Origin: Blastocatellia bacterium
GTDB taxonomy: Bacteria > Acidobacteriota > Blastocatellia > Pyrinomonadales > Pyrinomonadaceae
Length of the DNA stretch: 64,000 nt
Direction of reading: 5' to 3'
NCBI GenBank assembly: GCA_963732475.1
Contig: CAVSZR010000001.1
Coordinates: 11,631 to 75,630, forward strand
The position numbers were made by a program, and so were the translations under genes. The notes under the pieces were generated by a model. The model did no database searches and had not been told where the DNA came from. It saw only the letters and a list, made by a program, of their open reading frames with translations. Below are positions 9,650 to 23,769 of the stretch, piece after piece (the stretch's first letter is position 1; the number at the start of each line of letters is the position of its first letter).

Positions 9650-12600
9650 TCAAAATCGCTTTCTAAATCGAACCTCAAAGCTGAAACTATTCCGGTCCTG
9701 AGTAACATTGCTCAACGACCGCTGTTCGTATTGCGCTACAAATGACAGCTTGTTTGAAACGCGATACTCGAGAGCGAGCACTTGATTCTGATCCTGTGAA
9801 AGATTTGTTGCGTACGTCACCCTCAAATTATTGTTGATCTGGCGGCCGACCGTGAGCCTTGCGGACGGATTGAGCCGCTGGCCGGAGATGATCGGATCGA
9901 TCTCAAACACATTCAGGCCAAAAAGCTTATCGGTCGCCTTGCGGGCCGGGTTATTGATTATTGAATCCGTCAGTATTTCGGCCGCCGTATTGATGCCGGT
10001 TTGGGCTAATGTTGGTATTCCTGCCTCGGTATTTGAAAGATTACCTGTGGTAATGAGTGAGATCACATCGGCCTGCGGCAGCGCAGGGCTCGATCGGACC
10101 GCTGCAACAAGTTGCTCGGTGTCGGTCAGTGATCCGGAAAGATTTACAAATATCTGATACCCTCCGATCTCGGATTCGGCCTGCAGGTTAATTATTGGCT
10201 CTATTTCAGTATTTGGCGGAAATTCCAACACGCCCCGTTGGACGATATATCGGTCCTTCCGGAAAAATACAGTGCCGCTGTTTGCGGTGATCCGGCCCGA
10301 AATTTGGGGCGTGTCGGTGTTTCCGGTCAGACGAAGTGACGCCGACGCTGTTAGATCGGCTATATTATTTCGCACCACCAGGGCATCACGGCCTTCGATC
10401 GTCAGATCGAAACGTGGCGCCTGTAATGACGTGGAACCACTCGCAAGCGAACCCTCCCGGCGTGCACCGACCACGTTTGCCAGGTCAATATCCCTTGTGT
10501 AAAGACTTCGCCTTGCAAGAATATTCCCGGCTATCAGGGTCGATAGGCCGGAGCCAACCCGGCGGCCCGATATCTCAAGTCTGGCGTCACCGGTCGTGAT
10601 GAAATTCTTTGGCAGCGGGACCGTGATGTTCGTTCCGGTAAGGTCAAAACGAAATGACGAGAGCTGCAGATCATCGCCGATCAAGGCTCCGCCACTTGCA
10701 ACAAATTTTCCGCCGCCAAGATAGCCGGTTGCCTGGTCGACCTGGATCTGATTAGACGAGAACAAGACTCGTCCCTGAAGACGGTCGAATGTCAGGCGAT
10801 CGGACCCGATAAAAGTTGCAAACGAAGCATTTTCAAGTACGGCCGTTCCGGAAAGGCGGGCCGTCTTATTCACACCCGCTATCCGTATGGAAATATCGGC
10901 GATCCCGGCAAAAAAATTGTCACTGGCTGAAATGCCCGGAATTATATTCAAGAGGCTCAAATTGATGCGGCCATCAAGCGACAAATTGTTTACGCCGTCC
11001 TCGGCAAGGGCCTTTGTACCGGCGATCGTCACGTTCGACCCACCGCCGGAAAAATCGAGCACTTTCAAAGGAAATTTCACGGGTGTTGAAGCGAACCACG
11101 ACCGGTTCAGTTGCGACCAGCGGCGTATCTTGAATTTGCAGGGCCAGCTGGGAAAATTGGGCCGAGCCCGTCAGATTATCCGTCGTGAAAACGGTTTTGC
11201 CGTTTGCGTCTTTCTGGGCGAGATTACCGCCGAATTCAACCCGTCCGGTTCCGGTACCGCCGATCGCCAAACCTTTTAGTTGAGGGACGAGAGCGACAAA
11301 CGGGCCCAACGGACTCTGATCGAAGTCGGTCTGTATCTGAAACGGAAGTCGTTCGTCCCCGAAATTTACCGAGGCATTTATGAGTTGCGGCCGGCCGTCG
11401 AGCGTTGCCACTAAGTCCGCGTTCAGCTTTTGGTCTGTCGTAACCCCCTTGAAAGTGACTTCTCCAAAGGCATTTTCGTTGACAATGACGTTGGTGGCAT
11501 TCCCGTTGAAAGTAATATTAAGGCCCGCAGGCCGGTCGATCTCACCGGTTGCCTTGGCGGTAAAATCGGTCGCCCCGGATATTGACGGAATGTTGCTGCT
11601 TTCAGGCAGGAATGAAAGCGCTAGCGGAAGCGGAACGGCCTTGCCGTTAACGTCGAGATCGAATGCCGTCGAAGATGTGTCGTAGGAGCCTTTAGCCCCC
11701 AAAAAGCCTTCGCCGACCCGAATCTCGCCGCTCTCGAGATCGATAAGCGTTCCTTTGAAAACAGCCTTAACCTTAAGGTTGTCGAATGTCTGGCCGGCGA
11801 TCGTTCCTTGGTCCGTTGCAATATTGACCTCGCCTTGCGATCGGTTCGGCAGTCCGCTGAGGTTGACCGTGCCGGTTGTCTTCCCAGTGAAATCCCTCAG
11901 GCGTTCCGGCAGATCGACGGGCAAGGCTGCGAGGAGATGGCCCGGCATTTACATTCGTTAGGGTCGCCTGAACTGAGATATTGTCTGCCCCGAGAGTAGG
12001 TACATTTACCGCAAATGCGATATTTCCGCCGTTTCGTTCCTGAAGCTTTCCGTTCCTGATATCTATCGCCGTCGGCGAAACGAGTATGTCGGTTGTAAGC
12101 GATCCAAGCTCGGTTCCCCGCAGCGATATGGAATCAAGCGATGCCCTTCCATCCACTGCAGGGTCTGTAAGATTGCCCGTTACCTTCCCGTCAAAACTCA
12201 AATTGCCGGCAACACTGGCTTTCATCGAATCGAACTGCGATTCAAACTCCGGTGACAGGCCCAGCACCCGCACCAGCCTTTCGATCTCGTTTGCATCTGT
12301 CGATCTGAGAGCAACATCCAGATTCGAATCATCGGTTCTGAGATCGAAACGGCCACTGGCATTCAGTTCGCTCTTTTCAGTGTTCAACTTCGCAAGATCG
12401 ACCCTGAAAAGGCCGTTCGTTGCCGAAAGATCGATTTTGCCGTTGACAGGGATCGTGCCGCGACCGACGCTGCCGGCGTTTGCAATGACGTCCGCATTTA
12501 TCGTTCCGCTGGTTGTCCGGTAATCTGTCCCGTCGAATGTCAGATTTACCTTGCCCGACGTTCGTCCTTCAACGGGAATTACGCGACCGCCTTGCAGAGC

Positions 12601-14780
12601 GGCCACCTTGGCTAAGTCGAGATCGGAGAAATCAACAACGATACGCGAATCGCTTCGGTCGTTGAGGGCGATCGTCGCGTTGCCATTCACTTGTCCGTTC
12701 ATGACATTGGCATTCAGATCGTTCAGTTCGACGCGGTCGTTGTTGACATTCATCTTCGCGGACGCCGCGCCGAGCGGAATGCTGCCGACGATGCCGCCGC
12801 CGATACTCATATCGGCGCTTGCCCGATAGCGTCCCGAAGGTTCGACGACGAAAACCGGCTTTACGATCTTCACCGCCTCCAACATGCCCCCTTCAGGGAT
12901 CACGCTGTTTTTGACCAATGCAACGTTCCCGGCGTCTATATCATTCGAGGTTCCTTCAACCCGGCCTTCGCGGATAGTGAGCCGAACGCCGGCGATATTC
13001 AAACTGCCGAGGATCGCACCTTCGGCAGCGATCTTGGCGACCCGTATGGTGTCGGAATAGATCCGCGTGTCCGCACCTCTGTCCTCTATATCTACTGACG
13101 GAGCGGACACGCCGGTTATGATCGTACCGTCGGCGTCGACCCGATCGGCCTGAAGATCTTTAAGCTGGATGTCAAGGCCGTCAGGGCTGTCGTTGAGAGC
13201 AAATGAACCGGCCCGCAAATCGCTGGCTTTATTGTTCTTGAGCGTCGCGCTCCTTGCAGAAAGAGTGTCGAGGTTGACGGTTGTCCGGTCGTTAGCGTTC
13301 TTCACGCGGAGGTTGCGCCCCGTCAGGCCGTCGAGCCTGAAATCGGGCGTTTTCAGGGATGAAGCAGTGGCACTCGGAGCCAAAATATTGACCGTTCCGT
13401 TTTTACCCGCGATCTTCAAATTCCGAGCCGTAAGTTCAGCAAATTCCGTGTCGCCGATCGAGAATTTCTTTGCCCGTCCGGTGCCGACATTTCCGGTAAG
13501 CTGTTTGTCTTTGTATTCTGCGACGGCGTCCGAAAGAAACAGCCCGCCAAGCGTCAGCGATTTCGATTTCGCAGCTATCGCCTGCAGTTCACCGACCCAG
13601 CGGAAGTCAGTACCGGTTCCGCGAACGTTGCCCGCGATCTTCGGAAATTCGATGCGGAAATCCTCGAACGTCAACAGTTCCGCAACAGCCGTTCCGTTCG
13701 CTTCATACGAAGAATTTGTGCCTTCGACCGTGGCGGCGACGTTGACGGCCTTAAGATAAATGCCCTCCGCCGCAGCGACTCTGAGTCGATCTTGCCGTCA
13801 ACCTTATACTGCTCGCCTTCGCCTGAAACCGTTCCCTTGAAGTTTCCGACGCCGCGGATCGATGTGCCGAGCGGAAAGATCGTCGAGGTTTGCGTTAGGT
13901 CGACTGAGGATTCGATATTCAGGTTGTATTTGAGAGCAGCCCAGTCTGTGACCTTTCCATTCATTGTCGACTCGCCGATGGGTGTCGTCAGCTTTAAATT
14001 TGTTATGTCCGCACCCATCCGGTCGGCGATCCCAACCGCACGAATGTCGACCGGCGTCAACGGCCTGTCGTCGTAAACAAATTTTGAAGCCGTAGAGCTG
14101 AGGTCGAATTTATACCGTTTTTGATCGTCGGGGACGTCGTAATTTTCGGGTTCCAGAAGAAATGTCAGGTTGTTGGCGTCGGCCGCGATCTTTCGCGAAA
14201 CATCGCCAAAATGAACAACGCTGTCGCGAAGGGTGAAATTGATCGATTGGTATTTGAAGTTGACACGGCTACCCGCCTGATCTTCAACAAGGTGCAGATT
14301 AGAAAAATTAGACTTGCCGTCGGCGTCAAACTTTATCCAGGCCTCTGCTCCGTTAATTTCTGTTTTATCGATGCTAATGTCTCGGCTGAGCTGCCAGGCA
14401 TAGAGGTTTTGCACCGTCAATCCAAGCCGGGCGTCGCGGACGAAGAAAAGTTTTTCTCCGGAAATCTTATCGTTGAATGTCGCGTTCTTAAGCTCCAACT
14501 CCAACGGCGAGAGCGTAAGTCGAAAAACGTCGGCGTCGAACACGACACCGATCTCTTCCATCTTCGCTGTGAATTGATTTTTAACGTAGGTATCAGCCAC
14601 TCCGTTGCGGTAAAGGACGACCGCGATGATGGCCGCGAGTCCGACGCCAACCAGCAACAGGCCTAAAACCACGACAAGATTGCGGCGAGCAAAGAACCGC
14701 CTCCGATGGGGGGGTGCCGGCGGATCGTTCGCAGCGTCTCCTTCGTCCTTGATCGGTTCGATGTTCTCTTCTTCGGGCAT
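9650..14780 (-). CDS. tamB: TamB-like translocation and assembly module protein (DUF490 C-terminus), fragmented into 4 ORFs
   Basis: ORFs 13671..14780 (N-terminal TM anchor), 11773..13674, 10974..11948 and 9650..11080 overlap end to end. All carry repetitive beta-rich sequence. The C-terminus LSFVAQYEQRS...SFEVRFRKRF is DUF490-like. Confidence 0.7.
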
Positions 14781-14799
14781 GCTAAAAGCCGACGGCCGC

Positions 14800-15927
14800 T
14801 TAAAACCTCACAGTCTCCACTATCTCCAGGCCAAAGGCCTCGATCGCATTTATCTTTGGGGGGCGATTTGACAGCAGGCGTATCCGGTTTACCCCAAGGT
14901 CTTTCAGGATCTGGGCCCCGATGCCGTAATCATGCATCTTGCCGTATCCGGTCTCACGCTTTGCCGATTGAAAGTCGATGCCCTTTTCCTGCATCAGGGC
15001 ATACGTTCGCAATTGGTTGACGAGGTCGAGATTGTTCTCTCGCTGCCGGAGGTAAAGCACCACGCCTCTTCCTTCGTCGGCGATCTTCTTCAAAGAGGCC
15101 TTCATTGCGGATGATGCCTCGCCAAGTGTGGATCCAAACATTGCGAACGTAATGTTCTCGGTTTGGACGCGAACCAAAACCGCTTCCGTTGCCTGAGAAA
15201 CGTCGCCCAAGGACATGGCGACATGCGTTTCGCCATTCATCTCGTTCTCGAAAAGGATCGTACGAAAAACACCAAACTCCGTCGGCAGATCGGTTTCGAC
15301 AACTCGTTTGACTAAAGTCTCTTTTTCGATACGATAGCGAACGAGATCGGCGACAGAGACTATTTTCAGCCCATGTTTTTCGGCAAAAACCGTGAGCTCG
15401 GGCATTCGCGACATCGTTCCGTCATCGTTCATTATCTCGCAAATGACGGCCGCGGGTGCCAATCCGGCGATCCTAGCCATGTCCACGCTGGCTTCTGTCT
15501 GGCCGACCCTCACTAAAACGCCGCCGCGTTTTGCCCTTAGGGGGAAGACGTGGCCGGGACGAGCCAAGTCCGATGCTTTTGACTGCGGATCCACCGCCGT
15601 TAAAATCGTTCGAGCCCGGTCAGCCGCTGAAATGCCGGTTGTAACTCCTTCCTTTGCTTCAATTGATATGGTGAACGCCGTGCCCATGCTCGATGTGTTA
15701 TGACTGGTCTGCGGCTGTAACTGAAGCTCGTCACAGCGTTCTTCGGTCAGTGGCAGACAGATCAGGCCGCGGCCGTGTATGGCCATAAAACTTATGATCT
15801 CGGGCGTCACCCTCTCCGCCGCGCAGACAAGATCGCCCTCATTTTCGCGATCTTCGTCGTCGACGATGATGATCATTTTGCCGTTGCGAATATCTTCGAC
15901 GGCGTCTTCAATTTTGGCCAGCGACAT
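14800..15927 (-). CDS. ribBA: bifunctional 3,4-dihydroxy-2-butanone-4-phosphate synthase / GTP cyclohydrolase II
   Basis: [17 protein letters not shown] is the RibB signature. The C-terminal half ([15 protein letters not shown]) is the RibA signature. The start is taken at the Met of [17 protein letters not shown]. Confidence 0.9.
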   Translation of the reverse strand: MSLAKIEDAVEDIRNGKMIIIVDDEDRENEGDLVCAAERVTPEIISFMAIHGRGLICLPLTEERCDELQLQPQTSHNTSSMGTAFTISIEAKEGVTTGISAADRARTILTAVDPQSKASDLARPGHVFPLRAKRGGVLVRVGQTEASVDMARIAGLAPAAVICEIMNDDGTMSRMPELTVFAEKHGLKIVSVADLVRYRIEKETLVKRVVETDLPTEFGVFRTILFENEMNGETHVAMSLGDVSQATEAVLVRVQTENITFAMFGSTLGEASSAMKASLKKIADEGRGVVLYLRQRENNLDLVNQLRTYALMQEKGIDFQSAKRETGYGKMHDYGIGAQILKDLGVNRIRLLSNRPPKINAIEAFGLEIVETVRF

Positions 15928-16058
15928 CCTGCGTTTACCTCGACTCCCGAGCGAGAGCGAATTCACTTGCGATGTAAAAATATTAGCTAATCGAGCGGCT
16001 TTTTTGCGAATGAGGGGCAGAGTTAACATTATCGGGTTTAACAATTACAATTGAGCCC

Positions 16059-17215
16059 GTGCTTCTCGAATTGAAACTCGTTTCGCGATCCCTATTCTCC
16101 CGGCGGCGGAGCCTGGTCAAATTTACGTCGGCTGTAGCGGTCGCAGGACTGGTTGCGGGGGTCGCAAGCTTGATTGTTGCACAGGCTTTAGCTCGAGGCT
16201 TCCAGGATGAAATGCGGGATAAATTACTCGCGAACACGCCGCACGTAGCGCTGTTTCGCGAGGACCGGGCGGATATCGAGAATTGGCAACCGATTACAGA
16301 AGAGCTAAAAGCCATTGAAAATGTGAAAAGCGTGACGGGCTTTTCGTCGGAAAGCATTTTCCTTATTAGTTCGTCATCGAGCAATCAGGCTGTCTTGAGT
16401 ACTTATGACGCGCGGGACCATGGTCAAGATGGGGTAGTCAGGGATCTATGTCGGGAGGGAGTTGGCGGAACGGTCCGGGCTGCAAACCGGCAGTGAAGCC
16501 GAGATAGTTTTGCTTCGTAATGGCGAGGAAATACGACGGTCGCGGGCTATTGTCGTTGACATTTTTAAGACAGGGTTGTTTGATCAAGATTCGACTTTGG
16601 TTCGGCTATCAACCGCAGATTTTGCGAAACTCTACGGCGATGAACAGTTTACACCAAGGTCATTAAATATAAGTGTAAAGGACATTTATCGTTCCGATGA
16701 AATGGCCCGGCTGGTCCGTGAACGTGTCGGCAGCGGGTTCCGTGTTGTCGATTGGCAGGAGGCGAACAGGCCGCTCTTCGCCGCCCTAAGCCTTGAAAAG
16801 AAAGTTGCGTTCGCGATCATTTTGCTCATCATTCTTATTGCGGCCCTGAATATTACGACGACACTCGCGTTGCTCGTAAACGAAAGGCGGTCCGATATTG
16901 CGGTTTTGCGAACTTGCGGGGCCAAGGGCAAAAGTCTTGTTCTCACATTTGTGCTCGAAGGGTTGCTGCTCGGCACAATGGGCGTTATTGGGCGGCACGG
17001 CCCTCGGTTTAGTTGCTTGCTGGGTGGCAAATGTGAACCGGCTGATAAGTTTGCCGGCGGATGTTTACTCGCTGGCTTACGTTCCGCTGCGGCCGACGAC
17101 GCAAGACGTATTTATTATTGCGGCGGTTACATCTTTGCTTTGTCTGATCTCAACGATTTACCCTGCCTTTGCAGCGAGCCGGATAAAGCCGATGGAGAAT
17201 TTCAGGATCCAGTAA
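16059..17215 (+). CDS. LolC/LolE-like FtsX-family ABC transporter permease (two frame shifts)
   Basis: It has an N-terminal TM helix, a periplasmic domain and a C-terminal FtsX domain (LSLEKKVAFAIILLIILIAALNITTTLALLVNERRSDIAVLRTCGA). The sequence continues across ORFs 16059..16496, 16462..17223 and 16898..17215. Confidence 0.75.
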
Positions 17216-17224
17216 ATACCTAAT

Positions 17225-18420
17225 TTGACACAAGATGCTGACAACCGACGTTTGAAAATAATTCTGCATGTGGTGTTCTTTCTGTCCGGGATCGCCACCG
17301 TGTTGATAGGACAGGTCTTGCCGCTGCTCTCGAAACACTTCGCTACTCAACGACCTTCAAGCAGGCTATTTTTTCCCGTCGCAATTTGCCGGGTCGCTGA
17401 TAGGCACGCTCCTGACCAATTGGTTCGGCCGCAGGAATAAGTTCGTTTTGGCGACAATCATCGGCTGTGCCGCGATGGCGGCCGGCGTGCTTATGATGAA
17501 TGCCGACGTGTTCGTTGTCTGCCTTCTTGGTTTCATGTTGAACGGATTCGGGATCGGTCTCACTCTGCCGTCGGTCAACATGCTGATACTTGAATTAAAC
17601 CCGACGAGACCGGCATCGGCGCTTAGTGTATTGAATTTCTGCTGGGGCGTTGGAGCGATCCTATCTAAGCCATTTGTCGATACAACGACGTTCGGCCCGA
17701 ACATTCTGCCGATGACGCTGATCCTTGCCTCACCGCTGCTGGCTGGGGCTGTTTTAATGGTTTCGTCGAGTGCTCCGATTTCCGAGGAAACGCCGGATGA
17801 CGCGGAAGAAGATGGCAGCGAAACCGGTGTCGCCGCCGATATGGACAATGCCGATAGCCTGGATGATCGCTCTGTTTAATTTTGTTCACGTCGGGTTCGA
17901 GAGCGGAATGGGAGGTTGGCTTACGACCTACGCCGACAGATTGCACGGCGAACCGGTCTTGCACCTTCTGTCGCCGACGTTCTTATATTTTTCGTTCTTC
18001 GTCATCGGCCGCGGCGTGGCGCCGATTTTCTTTCAGGTTTTTGCGAGAGGAACAGGTGCTGCTGCTCGATCTTGGAATAATGCTGGCGGGAATGTTGATC
18101 CTCCTTTGGGCAGGGAGTCTGTTCTGGCTCGGCGATCGGTGCTGCGGTTGCCGGATTCGGTACGTCGTCCGTGTTCCCGACAAACTTGTCGCGATTCACT
18201 AGAACTTTCGGGCCGACTGCGAGGCGGCGGGCAACACCGTTCTTCATATGCGGTACTCTTGGGGCGACTTCAATCACATGGCTGATCGGATATTTATCGG
18301 ACAGTACGGGTACGCTTAGGGCCGGTATGTTCTCCCTGCTGGCGTGCGTCACCGTTTTGATAATTTTGCAGTCTGTTTCGTCAGCATCGGACGACCCGAA
18401 AACAAGTCGATGCGGACTAG
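17225..18420 (+). CDS. MFS transporter (at least 4 frame shifts; 3' end uncertain)
   Basis: Consecutive TM-rich segments lie in ORFs 17225.., 17448..17879, 17770.., 17882.. and 18171... The segments join as MFS-like helices (GFMLNGFGIGLTLPSVN). Confidence 0.55.
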
Positions 18421-18434
18421 GACAGATCGATAGG

Positions 18435-19306
18435 TCAAAGTTTCAGCGATCTCAAATATTCGCGGAAATCGTCGCCCAGGTCTTCGCGTTTAAGGGCAAA
18501 CTCAACCGTTGCGATCAAGAATCCGAGCTTGTCGCCCGCGTCATGCCGAGTGCCTTCGAGCTTGACGGCATAGAACGGACGGTCTTTCAGGAGGAGTCGC
18601 ATTGCGTCGGTGATCTGTATCTCACCACCCGCACCCGGTGTTGTACGGTCGATCGCATCAAAGATATCAGGCGTGAAAATGTAGCGGCCGATGATCGCTA
18701 GGTCCGACGGAGCGTCGGCATAGGCGGGTTTTTCGACCATGTCCTTGATACGGAAAACGTTCGGCTCGACCTCCTCGGCGTCGATAACGCCGAAAGCGGG
18801 AAATGGCTTCGCCCGCGATCTGCATCGTTGCAATGACCGGCAGCATTGTATTTTTCGAACACCTCGACCATTTGCAGCAGCGCGGGTTTTTCGGCGTCGA
18901 TAATGTCATCGGCGAGCAGGGCTGCGAACGGTTCGTCGCCAACAAAATCCTTTGCCTGATAGATCGCATGTCCGAGGCCCAACGCCTGCTTTTGCCGGGT
19001 GTAGCTTATCTTCGCAAGGTCTGAGATGGCACGAACGACCTCGAACATATCGTCCTTGCCTTTGTCTTTTAGAAGCTGTTCGAGTTCGAAGGAGATGTCG
19101 AAATGGTTCTCGATGGCGCTTTTGTCACGGCCGGTAATGACAAGGATCGACTCAATGCCGCTCGCGACCGCTTCTTCGATTGCATACTGGATCAGCGGCT
19201 TATCGACAAGCGGAAGCATTTCCTTGGGCGACGCTTTTGTTGCGGGAAGGAATCGAGTACCAAGCCCGGCGGCGGGAAAAACAGCTTTACGAACTTTGTT
19301 TGACAT
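18435..19306 (-). CDS. galU: UTP--glucose-1-phosphate uridylyltransferase (two frame shifts at 18780..18835)
   Basis: The N-terminus [28 protein letters not shown] is the GalU signature. The C-terminal part is in ORF 18435..18833 ([20 protein letters not shown]...GGEIQITDA). Confidence 0.85.
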
Positions 19307-19506
19307 TTCTAAAATCGAACCTCGGCTTTCGAGTCGAAACGAAGATTTTAGGTTAATTTGCAAGATGAAACAAACAAGCACTAAGCTCCGCGAAACGGAA
19401 AAAGCCGAACAAGACGAACGTAAGTCTTGATTGCGGCTCGAAGTGGGTATAAAATTTGCTTCATTCTCGGTGGCAAGAGGCATTCTCCCAACCAAAGGAG
19501 GTAAAT

Positions 19507-21591
19507 ATGCTTACAGGTAGCTGTCGAACTGCTTTTCGCCAGGTTTTCATTCGCAGATTTCGTTGGCCCGGCCTCGTCAATTTCTGCATCTTCATCTTCC
19601 TGCTACTTGCTTTTCCGGCTTTGGCGCCGGCTCAGAGTTGCCCAGCAGACTTGGGCGGCGTCCGGCTAAATAGGGGAAGCGAACCAATATGCGAAAATGA
19701 GGCAAAGGGGACGACCTGCAAGCTTTCATGCATCTACGATAACGGCGGTTTCACCAGGCTTTCAATGTCATTGTACTGGTTCAAGCGAGCCGACCCGCCG
19801 CCGAATCCGGGTTACAAGAACTGGGTAATTGACGGGCGTTGTACGGAGAGCACGGACCCAACGACGATCAACCATCCTACGAAACAGGTATGGGCGTATA
19901 TGGCATCGCTCAAGACAAATGGCGAACGCGAAGCCGCAACACCTATCAGGGAGATGATGACGATGGTCGAGGGCCAAGCGTCGAATTGCGCTCCGGACAG
20001 CGGATCAACCGCACGGACAATGAACCTAAAATTCTTTGACCCGTTCGATCACCTTTCCGCCGGCGTCAAATTTGTTAACAAACCATCGGGCGATCTGGTG
20101 GCGAACGTGCCAGATGTAAGGGAAGGTTCGCTTGTCGCATTTTGGGTCGAACCCGGCGACGGCAGCCCTGACGCTCCCGGAAACAATCTTTACGGGCTGC
20201 TGCCGATCACGCCTAATGTCCAAAACAGGCCGTCGGTGAACTTTACGGGTGAAACTCCGAACCGCAAATATCTCGGAGTTGCGTTTACGGCAGCCAACGG
20301 CGAAGCAAGCCTAAATATTCTCGGCAAGTTCCATCCGCACAAGTTCATGCAGGAACTTCTCAGGCAAAACTACAGGTTCGACGTGCGGGGCAAAATAAGC
20401 GGAACGATGCACGCAGCTGTCTTTGACGAGCGAAGCAAAACCTTCAATCGAACGGTTTCGATACCGGTCGAGTTCAAGCATGTTGCCGTCATTCTAAAAA
20501 TATCGGGCGAAGGCAGGCCCGATAACGTTGAACAATGGCGTCATCTTCCGGGCCGCGTCAGGGTAAAACGCGAAGGAGGTATCCCTAAGTTCGATTTCAA
20601 GCCGGTCGACGGACGATTCAGGCTTTTGCCTTTTGATATTATCAGTATCGACGGGAACGCATCTGTTGAGATAGCCTGGTTCAACGGTGACCGTATCATT
20701 GCATCGGTTCGAGACACTATTGCTTTTGACGATACGGAGATACAGCCGCCGCAGGCACGTCTGATCATTGGCAGCGACGCATGGGCATCGGGTTTTCCAA
20801 CGCGGTCGCAGCGGACGGCATCGACATTTTTTGGTTTCGGTGCCTCGAAGGGAATCGAGGCCATGATCGAAGCTGTTCCGGTTGTCGGCAAAGCACTCAA
20901 AGAAGGCGGCGAGCTTATGATCGAGCTTTACAACGACCTGAGCGCTTCTGAGACAAATTTTGAGGAAATGAAAGTGATGACTCGAGTTCGCGTTCGGTCG
21001 AGATTGTTGATCGATAATTCGGGCAATGTCGTAAAGGTTTTCAATATAGAAGGTTCACCGGATATTAAAACTGCGACGGGTGGACTTGCGACGCTGCAGG
21101 CCGGAAACATGGTCGCGGTCTCGAAAGACGGCCGGATGGGAACCCCGCAGCCGTTCGATCAGGCGGCGGTCGAGGCATCTTTCGTCAACCAGCTGGGTAC
21201 GGCTGAAACCGCTCAGAAAACCAAAACGGACGACAAAGACGGAAAGGACGGAAAGAGCGAAAAAGCCGGCGTTGAGGCGAAAAATTCTGATCAACGAGTT
21301 TATTGCAACGTCCTGTTCAACGAAAAGGTGATTCGCACCATTTGCGAAAAAGGCGACGATAAGGGCGTGCCGATCGATCTCTACTATTACGAAACGCCGG
21401 GCGTCGTGAGCGTTCCCGGCGTGGATGGGGGGCGGCGGCTCTATAATCGATTTGTGAGAGCGCCGTCTGTAGATCACAAAGACCAGTCCAACGTCCGCTG
21501 GTATCATGCCTATTGGGTTTTTTCACAGGGTGAATGGCGTATCCAGGCCGATGTTGGTGCAAAGGTCGAGGTGCTGGGCCGGGTGCCGTGA
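19507..21591 (+). CDS. hypothetical secreted protein (694 aa, no recognisable family)
   Basis: ATG at 19507 is preceded by AAGGAGG. The N-terminus has a signal-like helix ([19 protein letters not shown]). The ORF is intact, has a Lys/Asp-rich linker ([16 protein letters not shown]) and is followed by a terminator. Confidence 0.6.
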   Translation: MLTGSCRTAFRQVFIRRFRWPGLVNFCIFIFLLLAFPALAPAQSCPADLGGVRLNRGSEPICENEAKGTTCKLSCIYDNGGFTRLSMSLYWFKRADPPPNPGYKNWVIDGRCTESTDPTTINHPTKQVWAYMASLKTNGEREAATPIREMMTMVEGQASNCAPDSGSTARTMNLKFFDPFDHLSAGVKFVNKPSGDLVANVPDVREGSLVAFWVEPGDGSPDAPGNNLYGLLPITPNVQNRPSVNFTGETPNRKYLGVAFTAANGEASLNILGKFHPHKFMQELLRQNYRFDVRGKISGTMHAAVFDERSKTFNRTVSIPVEFKHVAVILKISGEGRPDNVEQWRHLPGRVRVKREGGIPKFDFKPVDGRFRLLPFDIISIDGNASVEIAWFNGDRIIASVRDTIAFDDTEIQPPQARLIIGSDAWASGFPTRSQRTASTFFGFGASKGIEAMIEAVPVVGKALKEGGELMIELYNDLSASETNFEEMKVMTRVRVRSRLLIDNSGNVVKVFNIEGSPDIKTATGGLATLQAGNMVAVSKDGRMGTPQPFDQAAVEASFVNQLGTAETAQKTKTDDKDGKDGKSEKAGVEAKNSDQRVYCNVLFNEKVIRTICEKGDDKGVPIDLYYYETPGVVSVPGVDGGRRLYNRFVRAPSVDHKDQSNVRWYHAYWVFSQGEWRIQADVGAKVEVLGRVP

Positions 21592-21615
21592 ATTGCCCTG
21601 ATTGTCTGTAAACTT

Positions 21616-21644
21616 ACGGCGGCCTTTGACCGCCGTTTTGTTTT
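21616..21644 (+). terminator. rho-independent terminator
   Basis: The stem is ACGGCGG (21616..21622) paired with CCGCCGT (21630..21636). It is followed by TTTGTTTT, 25 nt after the stop of the 694-aa ORF. Confidence 0.65.
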
Positions 21645-21725
21645 GCCCTGATAATATTGAGTTCGCGGTAACGAGAAGAAACGAATATTCGAATGACGTA
21701 GAATTGAAAGTGAGTTAGGCGGAGT

Positions 21726-22182
21726 ATGGCTGAGAAACAAACAATCGAAGTGGTTCTTGAAAAGCACGAAAAGCTTGATGCGACGGGCATCACGATCCCG
21801 TTCGATGTCGAAAAAATATTCGGTGCGAAGCGGGTGCCGGTGAAGGCGGAGATAAATGGCGCCGTTTACCGCGGGTCGATCGTGACGGATGAGCGGCAAA
21901 TATATGCTTGGGATCCCAAAGGCTTTTCGCGAAGAAGCCGGGATCGCCGCCGGTGATAACATTGTAGTTACGATCGCACTGGACGAAACCCCTCGGACCG
22001 TCGAGGTGCCCGCCGATCTGGCGAAAGCGATCGAGAAAGCCAAGCTCACGGTTGCCTGGGAAAAGCTGAGCTATACGCACAAGAAGGAACACGTGCGTGC
22101 GATCGAAGAGGCGAAACAGGAAGCGACGAGGATCAAACGTATAGAAAAGGCGGTGGCGATGATCGCTGCCAAGAGTAAATAG
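21726..22182 (+). CDS. DUF1905 / YdeI-family protein (frame shift near 21895)
   Basis: ORF 21726..21956 ([35 protein letters not shown]) continues in ORF 21889..22182 ([17 protein letters not shown]...[25 protein letters not shown]). Confidence 0.55.
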
Positions 22183-22187
22183 CAACA

Positions 22188-23472
<1,285 letters not shown>

Positions 23473-23502
23473 CTTTTATGCGTTGTTTGACGGCGGCACG
23501 GC

Positions 23503-23522
23503 ATGTAATTACGATGTAATTA
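23503..23522 (+). promoter_or_regulatory. tandem direct repeat ATGTAATTA-cg-ATGTAATTA abutting the mazE start codon (candidate operator)
   Basis: The two 9-nt copies are at 23503..23511 and 23514..23522. The first contains the perfect palindrome GTAATTAC. The second overlaps the ATG at 23522. Confidence 0.25.
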
Positions 23523-23769
23523 TGAAAGCTCAGATCATTCAGATCGGCAATTCCCAGGGGATTCGTATTCCGAAGATGATGCTTGAGGAAACGAAGCTGA
23601 CGGGTGAGGTCGAATTGGAAGTTCACCCGGACGGGCTGCTGATCCGCAGCGCGCAGAAGCCGCGCGGGAATTGGGATGCGCATTTAAGTCTCTTGCCGAT
23701 AACGACGACGATCAAACATTGGACGCTAGCCCCGCGACTCGGTTCGAAGCCAAGGAGTGGCAATGGTAA
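23522..23769 (+). CDS. mazE: AbrB/MazE-family antitoxin (frame shift near 23680)
   Basis: IIQIGNSQGIRIPKMMLEE is a SpoVT/AbrB-like N-terminus. The C-terminus AFKSLAENDDDQTLDASPATRFEAKEWQW lies in another frame. Its stop overlaps the mazF start (ATGGTAA). Confidence 0.6.

Noticed and set aside
15928-16058. FMN riboswitch upstream of ribBA
   Set aside because: Only about 130 nt are available, and the conserved RFN motifs are absent on the minus strand.
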